Assembly: GCF_006345805.1 (NCBI RefSeq)
Contig: NC_043019.1
Location: 19,095,360-19,159,359, forward strand
Length of the DNA: 64,000 nucleotides
Origin: Octopus sinensis
Lineage: Eukaryota
Direction of reading: 5' to 3'
Position numbers and translations under genes: made by a program. The notes below the pieces were generated by a model. That model searched no databases, was not told the DNA's origin, and saw only the letters and a program-made list of their open reading frames with translations. The first letter of the stretch is position 1. The number at the start of each line of letters is the position of its first letter. Positions 49,801-62,921 of the stretch are shown in pieces.

Positions 49801-50828
49801 AGATTGCAAAGACTGTAAAGGTAGAACATCTACAAAAATCAGTTTTGAATTTCAAGAATTCTTGACAGGGTTTATGAAGCATGACCAGTAAACAAGTGTC
49901 CCCTTAGTCTCCTGGCTGTGGACAGCTGACACTTTCCATCTTCTAATAATAGTTATTTTGATCAAACTTTTCTGTCAAACTTTACTGATAAACTCTGTCA
50001 GAATCCTTGAAAAGGTTTTGTGAACCATTTTGGCTTGTACAAACATAGGTTGATGGGCCCTGGTCCCCTCATTCCCTCACCAGCCAATAATACAATACAA
50101 ACCCTTACTCTTACGTAATCGATCCCTGATGCTATATTACAATCCACACACCACACAATAGAAGTGAGATATTGTAAAGGGGTTACTTTGGGGTTACTTT
50201 GCAGGCCCTAAAGAGACAAAGGACAATTTTAGTTGTGATGGATGTAGAGAATGGAATTAGGGGTAACATGGATTAGGGATTGGAGTATTTCATTAAACTA
50301 TGGTAAAAGGGCTGACAATGATGACGGTGGCAGCAACGAAGGTAATAATGTTGGTGAGTGAGAGGATAATAACTATAACGATGATGAATGCAATGGTGTT
50401 GATGATGATGGTGAAAGACATTGTGTGCAAATGAGGAATGGTTAAATACGTACTGGATAGATAGATTTGAACTTGTTGCCGAATGAAAAGAAAACCCCAT
50501 AAAACTAGAAAATGGAGCTGCTTGTATCTTGGCTGGTTGGTCTAACACTCAACCCTTTATAACAGCTTCTGATCCCTTAGATCCTTGGGTGCCTTTAACA
50601 GTCATGTATATAATAACCTCCTTTGGAGGTTCTGGCCAAAAGGATCGGCAAACATCATGGACTCTGTTCTTTTCACTGAATCTTAAAAAGAAAATTCTGG
50701 AAAGTTTTCCTCTTTCTGTTTTTAATCCTCCTATTTTCTTCTTTCTTGATCTTTCTTTCTACCTGGGTAATATTCAAATGTGCATACAAACCGATCCCTG
50801 CTATCATTGCAAACAACGCTACCATTAG

Positions 50829-50951
50829 AATCCGAGTCACAGCATGATATCAGTGAAACTGAGCAAGGAGGACAACAGCAATCTCCACAACTGGTACTTT
50901 ACTATCAGAACTCCAATGAAAACAATTCATTGAGAAGAACTTCACCTCAAG
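50829..50951 (+). CDS. ERICH3: ERICH3-like coding exon (phase 1-1)
   Basis: First AG after a long pyrimidine tract (cattag|) and CAAG|gtaagg donor. Encodes (Q)SESQHDISETEQGGQQQ...RRTSPQ. Confidence 0.7.
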
Positions 50952-51719
50952 GTAAGGCAGATTTATTATTATTATTATTGTTTTTTCAAGGCGGTGAGCT
51001 GGCAGAAATGTTAGCACACCATGTGAAATGCTTAGCAGTATTTCATCTGTCTTTACGATCTGAGTTCAAATTCCACCGAGGTCAACTTTGCCTTTCATCC
51101 TTTCGGGGTCGATAAATTAAGTACCAGTTACATACTGGGGTCGATCTAATCGACAGGCCTTCTCCCTCAAGATTTCAGGCCTTGTGTCTAGAATAGAAAA
51201 GATTATTATTGTTTCTTTTTTTTGTCTCAACAATGGAACTTACAAGCAGGGTGTGGTTGTTCCATTTAAGAATCGAATTAGACTGTGACAACTAAATCAA
51301 TCCACACCTCCATGGAAGCTGGGCATAAAATGATGATGATGATTGTTTTAAGGTTTAGGAGACCCTGCCAATTACTTACCTTTCTTCACTCTCAGATGAA
51401 CAGAAAATGGTGGAACTTTTTTTATTCTGTCTATCAGCTAAATTCATCAAACTGTCTCCAAAACTTGTCTCATGGGTCAGTTGTAGCTGATGCCACAGAC
51501 TGGGACCACCAGTGGGTCCCAGGATTCTAGACCTTATTCCTTGTTTTAAGTATCATCATCATGATAACAAGGAGGTGGAGAGGGATGAAGAAGAAGTGGA
51601 GGAGGGGGGAGAAATATTGATGTTAATGTTGATGACAATGGTGAGAGAATGAAAATGTGGTGGTAGATTTGATGATGATGATGATGGTGGTACAGGTAAC
51701 TTTCTTTTGTCTCTTTAAG

Positions 51720-51902
51720 ATTCTGTTTCTCAGGTGTTATATCTCGACACAAATTTGCTGAGCATGAAACTAGAGCAGCTTCAACAACAGCAGCAGGAAG
51801 GTCTACAACAAGTAGAAGAAGAAGATCAACCAAAACGACAGGAGGATCAGAGTCATGAAAAAGGAAACAAGAGAGATCTGTTGAAAGCAGACTCTATCCA
51901 AG
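51720..51902 (+). CDS. ERICH3: ERICH3-like coding exon (phase 1-1), Q/E-rich
   Basis: tctctttaag acceptor (the downstream ctcag would break the frame) and CAAG|gtaatt donor. Encodes DSVSQVLYLD...EQLQQQQQEGLQQVEEED...DSIQ. Confidence 0.7.
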
Positions 51903-53375
51903 GTAATTGACTAAGGTGGTGGTCGTGTTAGTGTTGGCAGTAACAACAATGTGGTTATTGTTGTTGTGTAGCCCAGGTCAGTCCTATGATATGTTGGGAG
52001 GTGACCAAATGACCTACAGATCCTTCTTGCCCGATATGCCTCTTCCTTGTTCGCCGCCAATACTCTTGTCTCTAATAAGCCCTGATGAATCGTATGTGAT
52101 GCAGGGTGGCGGCTGGAACTTATTCTACTCGCTCCACCCTCCAGTCTCTTTCTGTTTGCTCGTAGATTCTGGTGCGTGACAGTTTCTTTCCCTCTGCATC
52201 AAGTATTTCAGCTATCAAGCATCCTCCCACTGATGATGTTTGAGTAACTTGATGGCTTGGTTGATAAACATCCTCCCACTGATGTTTCTCTTTATCCGTC
52301 TGCTTTGTGTTGCTGATTTCTATCTGTTCACAGTCTCTCTCTGTCTGGATAACATTGTGTGCCTATCCATTTAATACTGTTTTCATCCAATTGATGTCTA
52401 CAACCTGGGTTTATCCAGTCAATATCTATGCTTTGTGTCCCTTCAGCTGGCACCCACATACTGCGTCTGTCTATCCAGTCAATATAAGGCAGCATGCCAG
52501 GCAAAATGCTTAGCGACATTTTGTCCATCTTTGCATTCTGAGTTCTAATTCTGTCAAGGTTGACTTTGCCTGTCATTCTTTTGGGGTCTATGAAATAAGT
52601 ACCAGCTGAACCAGCTGAGATTGATGTAATTGGCTTGGCCTCCTCCCCTCAAACTGCTGGCCTTGTACCAAAATTGGAAACCAATATTTATACAGTGTGC
52701 CTTTCTTCTGAAGATCTTCATAGTCTCATTGTGTAATCTAACTCTATCATGGCATTGGTTAACTTCATCAAAACAGCATTTAGAATTATCTTATATAAAA
52801 TGACTAACTGCTAGAATAATGTTGAGAAAATTTATAAAAATATTTAAAACTCATGTTTATTTTCATCCAGTTCTTATTTTAGATTGTGTACATGATTATA
52901 TCGCATTTTGGTTCATTAGAAAACCAGTTCTTATCAGTGTGTGTCCAGAGTAAGTCCCTTATTGAGATAAGTTATTACGTAACTACTTTCCATTTTGACT
53001 ACTTATAAGAGCTGTCTTTATTTGGACCATTTGCATGACTGGTCCTCCTCACACGGAGCACCTTATATAAGCAGTGTTTATCACAACCTAAGTTTGTAGA
53101 CCACCTACGAAACCACTTCATATTTGAACAAACCTAAATGAACAATCCCTTATTAGAGAATCTATACAACTAGTTCCTGATTTCAATCTGTCCTGATTTC
53201 GTTCACCGACTTCCAAGACCAGTTCCTGTTCCCACTAATTACATAGTTAGTTATAGATTTGCTTAGCCTATTATAAATCAATCACAGTTCAGCCCAGTCT
53301 GCTAGAACTGTGGTGGAATCTTGTCAAGTAGGAAAGGCCTCAATGAAACTCATTGAATTCCTTTTTGATTTACAG

Positions 53376-53827
53376 ACACAGACGAGCTGCCTGAAATAAT
53401 GGAGCCAGTGCCAGATGATGTTGAAGAAGAAGAAGATAAGAACACAAGCCACACCAACAGCAGTAATAATAACAACAGTGATGGTGATGACAATGTGAAT
53501 GCCACAACAAACAATCACACCAACAACAACGACCACAATAACAACAATACTGGAAGCACAGCATTAGATCTGGTGCACAAATCAACACAGGTGATGCTGT
53601 TGGATGAAGAATGTAGTGTAGCAAAGGCAGAGACGGGTGCATGCACTTCTGAAAGGGGCACACAGGTTAGTGTGAAGGAGATGCAAAAGCAACAGATGGG
53701 CAAGAGCAAGAACGAAGAAGACACGGTGTCCCTCATCACGAAATTTGAGAACTCAGTACTTTGGAAAAATAGCAATTTTGTTCTTCCAGAATCTGCACTG
53801 AAGAAACAGAAGACAGTACCATCATAG
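53376..53827 (+). CDS. ERICH3: ERICH3-like terminal coding exon
   Basis: tttgatttacag acceptor in phase 1. Encodes DTDELPEIMEPVPDDVEEEED...KKQKTVPS with TAG at 53825-53827. Confidence 0.75.
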
Positions 53828-53917
53828 GTTTGGGGACACATCAACAAGATCACAGTCAGACAACCAGGCCATCACCCTGTGGCAAGTAGACCAATTACTC
53901 TGGATAATAATCTCTTC

Positions 53918-53923
53918 AATAAA
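53918..53923 (+). promoter_or_regulatory. Candidate polyadenylation signal (a second one at 54176-54181)
   Basis: AATAAA about 90 nt after the stop codon. Common in AT-rich DNA, so weak evidence. Confidence 0.35.
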
Positions 53924-55569
53924 AAGATTAAACAACAATGATGATGATGATGATGATGATGATGGAGACAATGATTGCAGAAACAAAAATGACATTGGTA
54001 ATATCAAGAAGAAAGAGTAATAGAGGAAGAGTTAAACTCATTTCCTTTTCTACCTGCTCCACACTCTTACAGTTTAGACTTTTCCTTCTTCTCTTTGAGT
54101 TTTAAACAGAGAAGAAAAGAAAAGGTAAGAGAAGAATTGGAGAGACAGGATGAATAATCTTCTGGTCTAGTTGCAAATAAACGTCAATGTTTGTATTATT
54201 CTCTCTCTTTGCCCTTTGTTTTGCCATCTCTTGTCTTTTTTTTTCCTAATTTCTGTCTCTTTGTCTTTTTATTTATTCTTCATTGTGTGTCCTGGATTCC
54301 AGCCATCAATTTCACAGAGACATCGAAACATGCATTAGTATCAGGTCCTTCCTCTTAAGACTGTAAGGTGTGATTTGAGGGTAATTTAGCTGTTATTTCT
54401 ATCAGGTTGAGAGATGCTAATAATACTCTTTCACTGTCTTGGGTTCCCTGTCGTGCTTCAGAAGAAGACCCATCAAGCCACATAAAATCACAGTCATGGC
54501 AGATACTGGTGTCACACAAATGGCACCTGTGCCAGTGGAGTGTTGGTATTAGGAAGAGCATCCAGCCATAGAAAACCATGCCAAATCAGACTGGAGTCTG
54601 GTGCAAGCCTTCCAGCTAGCCAGCGCTGGTCAAACTGTCCAGTCCATGCCAGCATGGTCAACGGATGCTAAATGAAGATGATGATGATATCACCTTTAAC
54701 TTTTTCCTGTTTTATCTGTGTTGATCCTTGTTTTCTGAGGTCTTCAAAGGACATTGGAATTGGATGCAGTCCCCATCCTCACTGTAAATGTTTCTTGCTT
54801 AGTCAATAAGTTTCTGACAATGGTTGAGTTATATCCTGTCTCCACAGTGAAGATCTTTCACTCATTGTAACTCCAGTTCACCTGGATGTAATATAAATAA
54901 ATCTTTATAGATTTTGATGATGAGAATCCAGTTGTTTGATCAGATGAACAACCAGCTCATTGCAATCCACTGACATTTATGATCCAGAGCTTTAAATTAC
55001 AGTTCCAATTCATCTGATGACTTTTGTCACAGGTTCTATTCACTCAGTTGACTCGGGGCCATGGTAAAAGGTGTCCAAGACCCCTTAATTGCGAAGTAGA
55101 CAATCCTTCAGACTGCAAACACTGTTCACAGACAGTGGTAGCATTATGTGTCTTGCTATACTTAGTCCATTTTCTCCAAAGGGGTAATGGAAAACAAAAC
55201 AAAAAAAAAAAAACCCAAGTCAATGAGAATCTAGTCTTATTTAGGGAGATAGAAATTCCCATGTCTCATCATGAAAAGACCAATAAATATAAATGAAGAA
55301 TCTTTGGACAATCTGGTTCAGATTCCCACCGACACAGAACTTTATGAAGCAGTAAGATCATTGCTCTTTAACAAAACACCTGCTGAAATAAGTGCTTATG
55401 GTGATAAAATACTTATTAGCAGGAGGCACCATTCCTGAAGAATTCAAGGTTGCTCCAATCATTCATTTTGTACAAGAACAGAGGGGGGAGACTGTCCTGT
55501 GACAAAGAAATATGTTGTCAATTGCCATCAAAATCTGAATTCACCATCTTACCACTGACAATCTCTGAA

Positions 55570-57905
55570 CAGAGCCAATGTAGTTTTTGTAGCCAGCCGA
55601 TTGCAACTGGGGGTGCTATCTTGATAGCTGGGGGTGCTGAACAGGGGTACGGACAAAAGCTTCTACCTAAAGTGTGAAAGTGGACAAAAACCCCATGCTT
55701 ATATTTTTCGGTTGCTTTTTCATTTTTTTTTTCCCATTTGTTGGCGCCTAACCTGCTCAAAACTTCTGATATATTTCGTTTTACCTGTTACAATCTTTAA
55801 ACTGAGGCCATGCTGGGGCATCACCTCAAAGAATTTTTAGTTGAATGTATCAACTCCAATATTTTAAAAATGATTTTCAACAAGCTCATAGTTAAGCCTA
55901 AAAGATCTTTCTACATGCTAGGGATGACAAGCCAAATCTTTAAACATTATTTTTATATAATTTCAAATAAACATCGACCACGAGGCTGACAGTGGGTCTT
56001 CTCAACAATTCAATGATTTCGAGGTGTAGGTTGCATTTTTTGGAATCATGCTGTAACATTCCATTAGCTTTGAGTCTTTCTCTGATGTGTACTGGAATAA
56101 ATTCATAAAAAGACCACAAAGCTATACTCTTTACTCTTTTACTTGTTTCAGTCATTTGACTGCAGCCATGCTGGAGCACCGCCTTTAGTCGAGCAAATCA
56201 ACCCCGGGACTTATTCTTTGTAAGCCCAGTACTTATTCTATCGGTCTCTTTGGCCGAGCCGCTAAGTGACGGGGACATAAACACACCAGCATCGGTTGTC
56301 AAGCAATGCTAGGGGGACAAACACAGACACAAATATACACACACATACATATATATATATACATATATCCAACAGGCTTCTTTCAGTTTCCGTCTACCAA
56401 ATCCACTCACAAGGCTTTGGTCGGCCCGGGGCTATAGCAGAAGACACTTGCCCAAGATGCCACACAGTGGGACTGAACTCGGAACCATGTGGTTGGTAAG
56501 CAAGCTACTTACCACACAGCCACTCCTGCAACTGCATATCATCATTCGAATAAAGATCCTGAAAAGCTTCATTTTTGTTTCCTCGAAAAGGCAATTTATT
56601 TGCACAAAGAAAATGAACAATATCAACAATGGAACTGATATAATAACGGTTTTTGTTCAACTGATCATTTTGCAAGATTGAAGACACGGATGTTGTTATG
56701 GATAAACGCTGTTCGCGTTCCTTCCATGTTACCATAGCTTGGATAAGGGATGCAGAGTTTGCGGGCTAATTTAAACCTTTGTTTTTTTTTTCTTTTGAAT
56801 GATGCCAATTAGAATATCCATTTTTAATAAAACAATTACCAGCTTGAGCAGAAGAATTAAAGTGCCGAGAAGCAAAACAAGACAAGGCTTTTCTTTGAAA
56901 GAGAAATACTCTAACCATAATAAACGACCAATTTGACCAGCTTGACGAGAAGTCACGTCTCTGATTTCCATAAATTTTTGGATCAAACTTTGCTAGAACT
57001 GGCTGCACTGGTTGGCAGTCGACCCGTCCTAGATCATCCAATGAGGGTGTCAAAGACTTTGCAAGACCTCCCTTGGGCTGCGAAACTTCGTTTGCAATTC
57101 TCTTCTGCTTAGCTGAATCAGATTGGAAATTCAGCAATGATTGCTTCAGTTTTCTTTTTTGGTTGTGATTCATTATTAATTCGCAATTAATTTTTAGGTA
57201 GAATATCGTAGTAAGAATAACAATTTATGTATTTTTAAATTAAACTCGAAAGAGATTTCAGTTCAAGCAATTTTTTTTTTCAATTTCTTCAAAGTTATGC
57301 TTTTTTAGTTAAACACAAAATAATTTCAGTATAAACTTTGTTCAAAGGGTGAGAAAAATTATTCAGTGAAAGTTCTCACCTGAAAAATACTTTCTGAATG
57401 CATATTTTGGGAAATTTCAAAAATTTTCTTTCCTTTTTCGCGAATAATAATTCTCTCTGATTAGTAGAAATAAAATGACTTTTTAATGTCCGTCTCTGTT
57501 CATAGATATACGTCTGTAGGGATGCATTTACTTCTGTAAATCTCTAACTACAGCAACAATTCTTCACATACTGTTCAACAGCAACAAGAACAATCACCAC
57601 CAAGAGCACCACAACAACAACAATAACAACAACTGACCCAGCATTATCCACTCCTTAATTCAATCCACAGTTGATGACCAGGTCAGCAGCCAATTCTGCC
57701 ACGACAAACACTTTGGGGACCAGCTCTAATTCACCCACATTTTCATATCACTAAAGAAATTCAATTTATTGAATCTTTAGCGACTTCAGAGATTGCTTAT
57801 ATGACAATGTATTATTTCAAAAGTGGATAAAACAAATTCTCATACTGGGGTGTAGGGGCTGGGCGTAGCTGAGCACCCCATAGTCCCCCTGTAGCTATGT
57901 GCCTG
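55570..57905 (-). mobile_element. hAT (ZMYM1/TTF-zinc-finger/DUF4371-type) remnant interrupted by two SINEs
   Basis: DDLG...QPVQPVL..F.PKIYGNQRRDFSSSW..WLEY..., CFASRHF, GYSNW, NRYYISSIVDIVHFLCANKLPFRG. GC-rich TIR-like ends. Boundaries are uncertain. Confidence 0.6.
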
Positions 57906-57929
57906 TATCAGCGATGTAGTCATTGCAGT

Positions 57930-59190
57930 AAGACACATCCACACAAGCTCTTGACTAAGTGTATCATTGGTAGTTTGTGGAGAATCGTTGCTAGCAAGTA
58001 TTAGGGGTAATGGAACTACATCTGTACTATTTTCTGTAATACATGGTGTGAGACAGGGTTGTATGTTAGCACCTACCGTTTCCAGTAAGTTTTTTGTTGC
58101 CCTTTAAACCCCATCAACCTGGAATTGTTTAATCTTCACAGATTATATGCAAAAACCAAAGTCAAGTTTCTGTGAACAACTATTCACAGATGATTGTGGA
58201 TTAATTGTACCAATTAAGTTCAGCATGCAAGCATCATCATCATCATCATCATCGTTTAATGTCCGCTTTCCATGCTAGCATGGGTTGGACGATTTTGACT
58301 GAGGGCTGGCGAACCAGATGGCTGCACCAGGCTCCAATCTTGATCTGGCAATGTTTCTACAGCTGGATTCCCTTCCAAACACCAACCACTCCGAGAGTGT
58401 AGCGGGTGCTTTTTACGTGTCACCGGCACATGGGGGGGGGCAGTCAGGCGGTACTGGCAACGACCTCGCTCGAATCCTGTCAATCAATTCTTAAAAGCCT
58501 GCAACAAGTTTGGGCTTACTCTCATCACTGTGTCAACCGGTTGCAGGGCATGCACAACATGTACTACCTGGAATAAAAGTGAGACTGAGCTGAAAAATGG
58601 AGACAATTTTGAATGTCTTGGAAATACATTGTCCTCAAATGCCTACCTTGATGCTGAAGGGTCACCATATATTGGCAGATGTGTAGAACTTGTGAAAAAC
58701 TGTAGCTAAGAGTGTAGCACAGCCCAGGTATTCACAGATATACCAGAATTAAAGCTTGCAATACTGTCATTGTCTCAACTTTGATCTGGAAAATTGGACA
58801 GTGTACCAGTTGCATGCTAAAAAGCTTAATTATGTAAGAATGTTCTAAGCATAAAGTGTCTGGATAAGATTCCTAATACTGAGAACCGTAGCTTGTTTGC
58901 CAATTTTCAGCAAATGCAACTGCATTGTGTTGGATTTGTTATCAGAATGCCTGTCTGTAGACTGCCGAAGACAATCATTGATTCTGAACTTGCAAATGGA
59001 GGATGCTGCATTGATGTGAAAGATTGAAAGATGTTCTGAAAGCAACCTTGAAAGACTGCAAGATAAACCCAAACACATGGAAGAATATTGCTTTAGACAA
59101 TTCTTATAGAAAGAAAATAGCTTCAGAAACTCAAAAATTTTTTGAATGTTAATTAATCACTATTAAAAGGGAAGCTTGCGAATCTTAAGA
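57930..59190 (+). mobile_element. Decayed RTE (BovB-like) LINE RT fragment interrupted by a repeat at 58237-58470
   Basis: GVRQGCMLAPT and LFTDDC, followed by RTE C-terminal remnants. Confidence 0.65.
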
Positions 59191-60899
59191 TGACAAGCCT
59201 GGAATTAGTGAACACGAGAGGATGGTCTGTGACAAATACTTCTCTCTTAGAATAGGTTTTCTTAGTCACAGCAGAACACATAAACGAGAAAGCCACTTCA
59301 ATTTGCTTCCTTTTTTGCTCCTCAAATTTATTTTTTCTGCTGCATTTACCAGGTCACTGTCAGGTAGCATTGACAGACAAACTACCATTTAGGAAGAAAG
59401 ATGTTTCTCAGCTTAAAACATGTGGCATCACCTTGCAGTGATGTCAATGGATGAACCTCACCAGATTGCATAATTTCCCATCAACAACAAAGAATTAAAT
59501 TCTACCTCATTACATGAACCTCTATGTGGTCACTCTACTTGATCTACTAGAAATAATAGTCAAATCATCTTGAAATCACATCAGCTAATAAGGGAGCATA
59601 CGTGGTCAGATAATATGCTAGAAACCACAGCAAAATCTCCTTCAAATCACACACTGTTACCTTAAATAATGAAAGGACATATCAAGATAATGTTATCCTA
59701 GATACCCCTTCAAGCCTGATGGAATGTCATAGGTGAAATACCTTTGATCAAAAGTTTGCTCCTTCGGGGCTGACCCAGGGTTAAACAACATCAGCTTTCT
59801 CATAACAACCCTTAATAAATTCAACCCCATTTCATTACTTCTCAACAAACAAACCTTTCTGTGATTGCTTCACCTGTAAAAATTACAGCCAGTTCTCCTT
59901 CAACTTATACCCTGGAAAAAACAAAAGATGATGGGAAGACCATGGCTGGAAAGCCTTTTGTCTGCTTGTTGAGGGCTGACCAAAGGTTAAACAAAAATGA
60001 GAACTTTTCAGCAAAAGTAGTGGATTAACTCCACTACATCACATTACCTCATAACAATGCATACACACCACAACAAACTCCACCACACCGCATTACTATA
60101 TTAGTTCTCAGCAATGAATAAACTCCACCAAACCACATCACTTCTCTTTAACATTATTTTAATATCTACTTTTCCATGCTTGCATGGGTCAGACAAATTT
60201 TGTTGAGGCACATTTTCTACAGCTGGATGCTCTTCCTGTTACCCACCTTCATCTATTACCAAATAAGAAAATGCTTTCCCATAGTCCTTCAAACACAGAA
60301 GATAAAAACTAACAGGAAAACTAAGGTATCAATGTCTTTCACTCCACTGTTAGGGTTTTTACTCTTTTAAAATTAAGAATTAAGATGGTTCTTTAAGTTC
60401 CTTTAAGCTGTCAGAAGTGGAATGGTTAGTCTAGAGAAAATGGCTAAATCTAAAGTATTAGCCAGAACCTTTTATTGTTTAGCCTCAGGTCAGTTCTTAC
60501 TGAGCAGACCTAAGATTAGTTGTATTAAGCTGGGACCATCCATTTTTCACAAAGGGAACTCACGACCTTATTTTAAGGTGATAGGACAGTGCTTCTTAAG
60601 TAGTGTACCCCATAGGATTTTAAAATATAATTCAAAGGCTTTTGGAAAGACAAATGCTTACAAAATATGTTATCTGTGGTTCATGAATCAAGATGAGCAA
60701 TAGTTTTGTATATTTTTATATTTTCAACTTTAAAAACAGTTTTTAAAAAATCCTTTCGTATGAAGCACTTCAGTAAAAAGTTTGAAAATTACTGCAGCAG
60801 AGAAATGGATACTGTTTCTGCTTGGTTAAGTGGTCACCTAGCGACTTCCTCATTGCTTGTCATAGAGTGAAGTTTTCATATAATACCAATAATACCAAG

Positions 60900-61760
60900 T
60901 AAATTGAATGTGTGTGTGTGCTTGTAATCCCATTTGAATTTTTGTAGCAGACTCGGGTTTTCATCATAAAATTCAAGGGTTTTGTCTGACACTAAAACCT
61001 TTTGTACAACATTCCAAGAAAAATTACTTGGGATTCTTATTTCATGGTTGAACTTTTCTCATCAGGAACACAAATAATCTTTGGGCATCCAGTATGATGT
61101 ATAGCAATCTGATATCATTTATATAACAAGTCCAAAGTCTTTGGGTCACAAATGAAGCTTGTTCTTCTGAATTTAAAATGTCTATGGATGCTAATATATG
61201 GCATGGCATGAATAGCCAGTTCAGTCTTTAAGTGATTGCATGTTATGCCAAAATGGCTATCATAATGATTTGCCTCCTCGATACTTCAGGTGCAATAATA
61301 AAATCCCTGTTGCTACAAACACCTTTTCCCCACAATCAATATTTGACAAGCTCTTCAGGTCATTCCAAACATTCTTTTTCTTCCTCTGAAAACGACAATT
61401 TCTGATTATGCAATCTTTCCAAAGTTAGGTTATCAAAATACAACACATCAATTCATCAACACTATTTGAACTTGTGTCCTGCAATTAGGGTCTCAAATAT
61501 AACTGTGGAATCCTATCAACATGAGGGCTAAAATTTCCTTTGACATATGTGATATTGAAATCAAATGCCACCATTCCTAGCCACTTCCTGTCCTTGAAGG
61601 CCTCAACATTTCAGAGTTCTTTGTGTGGATTAATGATGAATATAATAAATTTCTGATCCAGTAGAAAATGATGAATGGTTCATTCTTCACACAATTGCTA
61701 ACACCTGCCTCATCATATTTGAACAATTGGATCCAGCTGGGGTTAACCTTCCATGATAAA
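60900..61760 (-). mobile_element. Possible Ty3/gypsy pol remnant (RNase H end and integrase zinc finger)
   Basis: VLAIV, FLLDQKFIIF, KWLGMVAFDFNITYVKGN, HYDSHFGIT. Highly decayed. Confidence 0.45.
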
Positions 61761-61779
61761 TAAAGCAGCAGGCTTTTAA

Positions 61780-62560
61780 AACAGCCAAGAATGTGGCAGA
61801 AACAATTCAAAATATGATGTTTAACTGAAAGAACCAGTCAAAGATGGTTTGAAAGGTTTTGGAAGAATGATTTCAGTTTAAAAGGCACTCTACAAAAGGG
61901 TTGTCTTGTTTATTTTAATGAAGATCTGCTTTTGTTAGAGTATAATTGAAGCAATACGATTATGGTTGAATTCAAGGCATTCAACAGTTCACTGGTTTTT
62001 GATGTGGACCGGAAAGATGCCTCGATTGGCAATATTGGTTCTCCGTAATTGGCAGAAAACAACTTCATAGCATGAGTCGATATCTGCATGTCTCTAAATT
62101 CTCATGAATATATATATCACCAGTTTTGCACTGGTGACGAAAAGTGGGTCTTTTACAAGAATGTTGAGTGATGTAGACAAGAGTTTAATAAAAGCATACT
62201 GGCTAAATCACAACCCCAAAGTGACCATCATCCAAGAAAAGTGTTTAGTGTGACTACGTTGCTACAAGCTAATGAAACAATTTTAGCAGACAGAATATTT
62301 AAACATTGCTTTGAAGAAAAGAGGCCTATTTTAGTGAAATGCAATGGAGAAATGTTCTGCCCTGATAAGCTACAGTACCATACAAAAATGATCTGAAAAG
62401 ATTGGAAAACCTTTGCTGGGAAAATATTGCACAGCCTGCTTATTCGGTTAATCTTGTTCTGCCTATTCTTAAGATTCTTTTGATGGATAAGTTTTTAATA
62501 TATGTGAACAAGTGAAAACTACCCTCTCTAGAAGTTTATAAATCATTGGAAGGAAGTCCC
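61780..62560 (+). mobile_element. Decayed mariner transposase
   Basis: SRWFERF..NDFSL, CTGDEKWVFY.N, LENLCWE.L..PAYS. Confidence 0.7.
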
Positions 62561-62594
62561 ATCAGAGTTTCATTTTTAGTTGTTCATCTTGGAT

Positions 62595-62921
62595 TTTAAA
62601 GACTCCGCCGGTTACGACGACGAGGGTCCCAGCTGATACGATCAACGGAACAGCTTGCTCGTGAAATTAACGTGCAAATGGCTGAGCATTCCACAGACAC
62701 GTGTACCCTTAACGTAGTTCTCGGGGATAATCAGCGTGACACAGTGAGTGACAAGGCTGACCCTTTGAAATACAAGTACAACTCATTTTTGCCAGCTGAG
62801 TGGACTGGAGCAACGTGAAATAAAGTGTCTTGCTCAAGGACACAACGCGTCGCCGGGAATCGAACTCACAACCTTACGATCATGAGCCGAATGCCCTAAC
62901 CACTAAGCCACGCGCCCTCAC
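62595..62921 (-). mobile_element. Full-length tRNA-derived SINE with an 11-bp target-site duplication
   Basis: TSD tcatcttggat at 62584-62594 and 62922-62932. A box tggcttagtgg and B box gagttcgattccc on the minus strand. Confidence 0.9.

Noticed and set aside
53828-54130. Asp-rich frame after the stop codon and a donor-like AG|gtaaga at about 54124
   Set aside because: The Asp run is a (GAT)n microsatellite. The alternative frames are closed by stops shortly upstream, so no extension is supported.
62850-62921. tRNA gene
   Set aside because: It has A and B boxes but no complete cloverleaf, and it continues into a SINE body flanked by a TSD.
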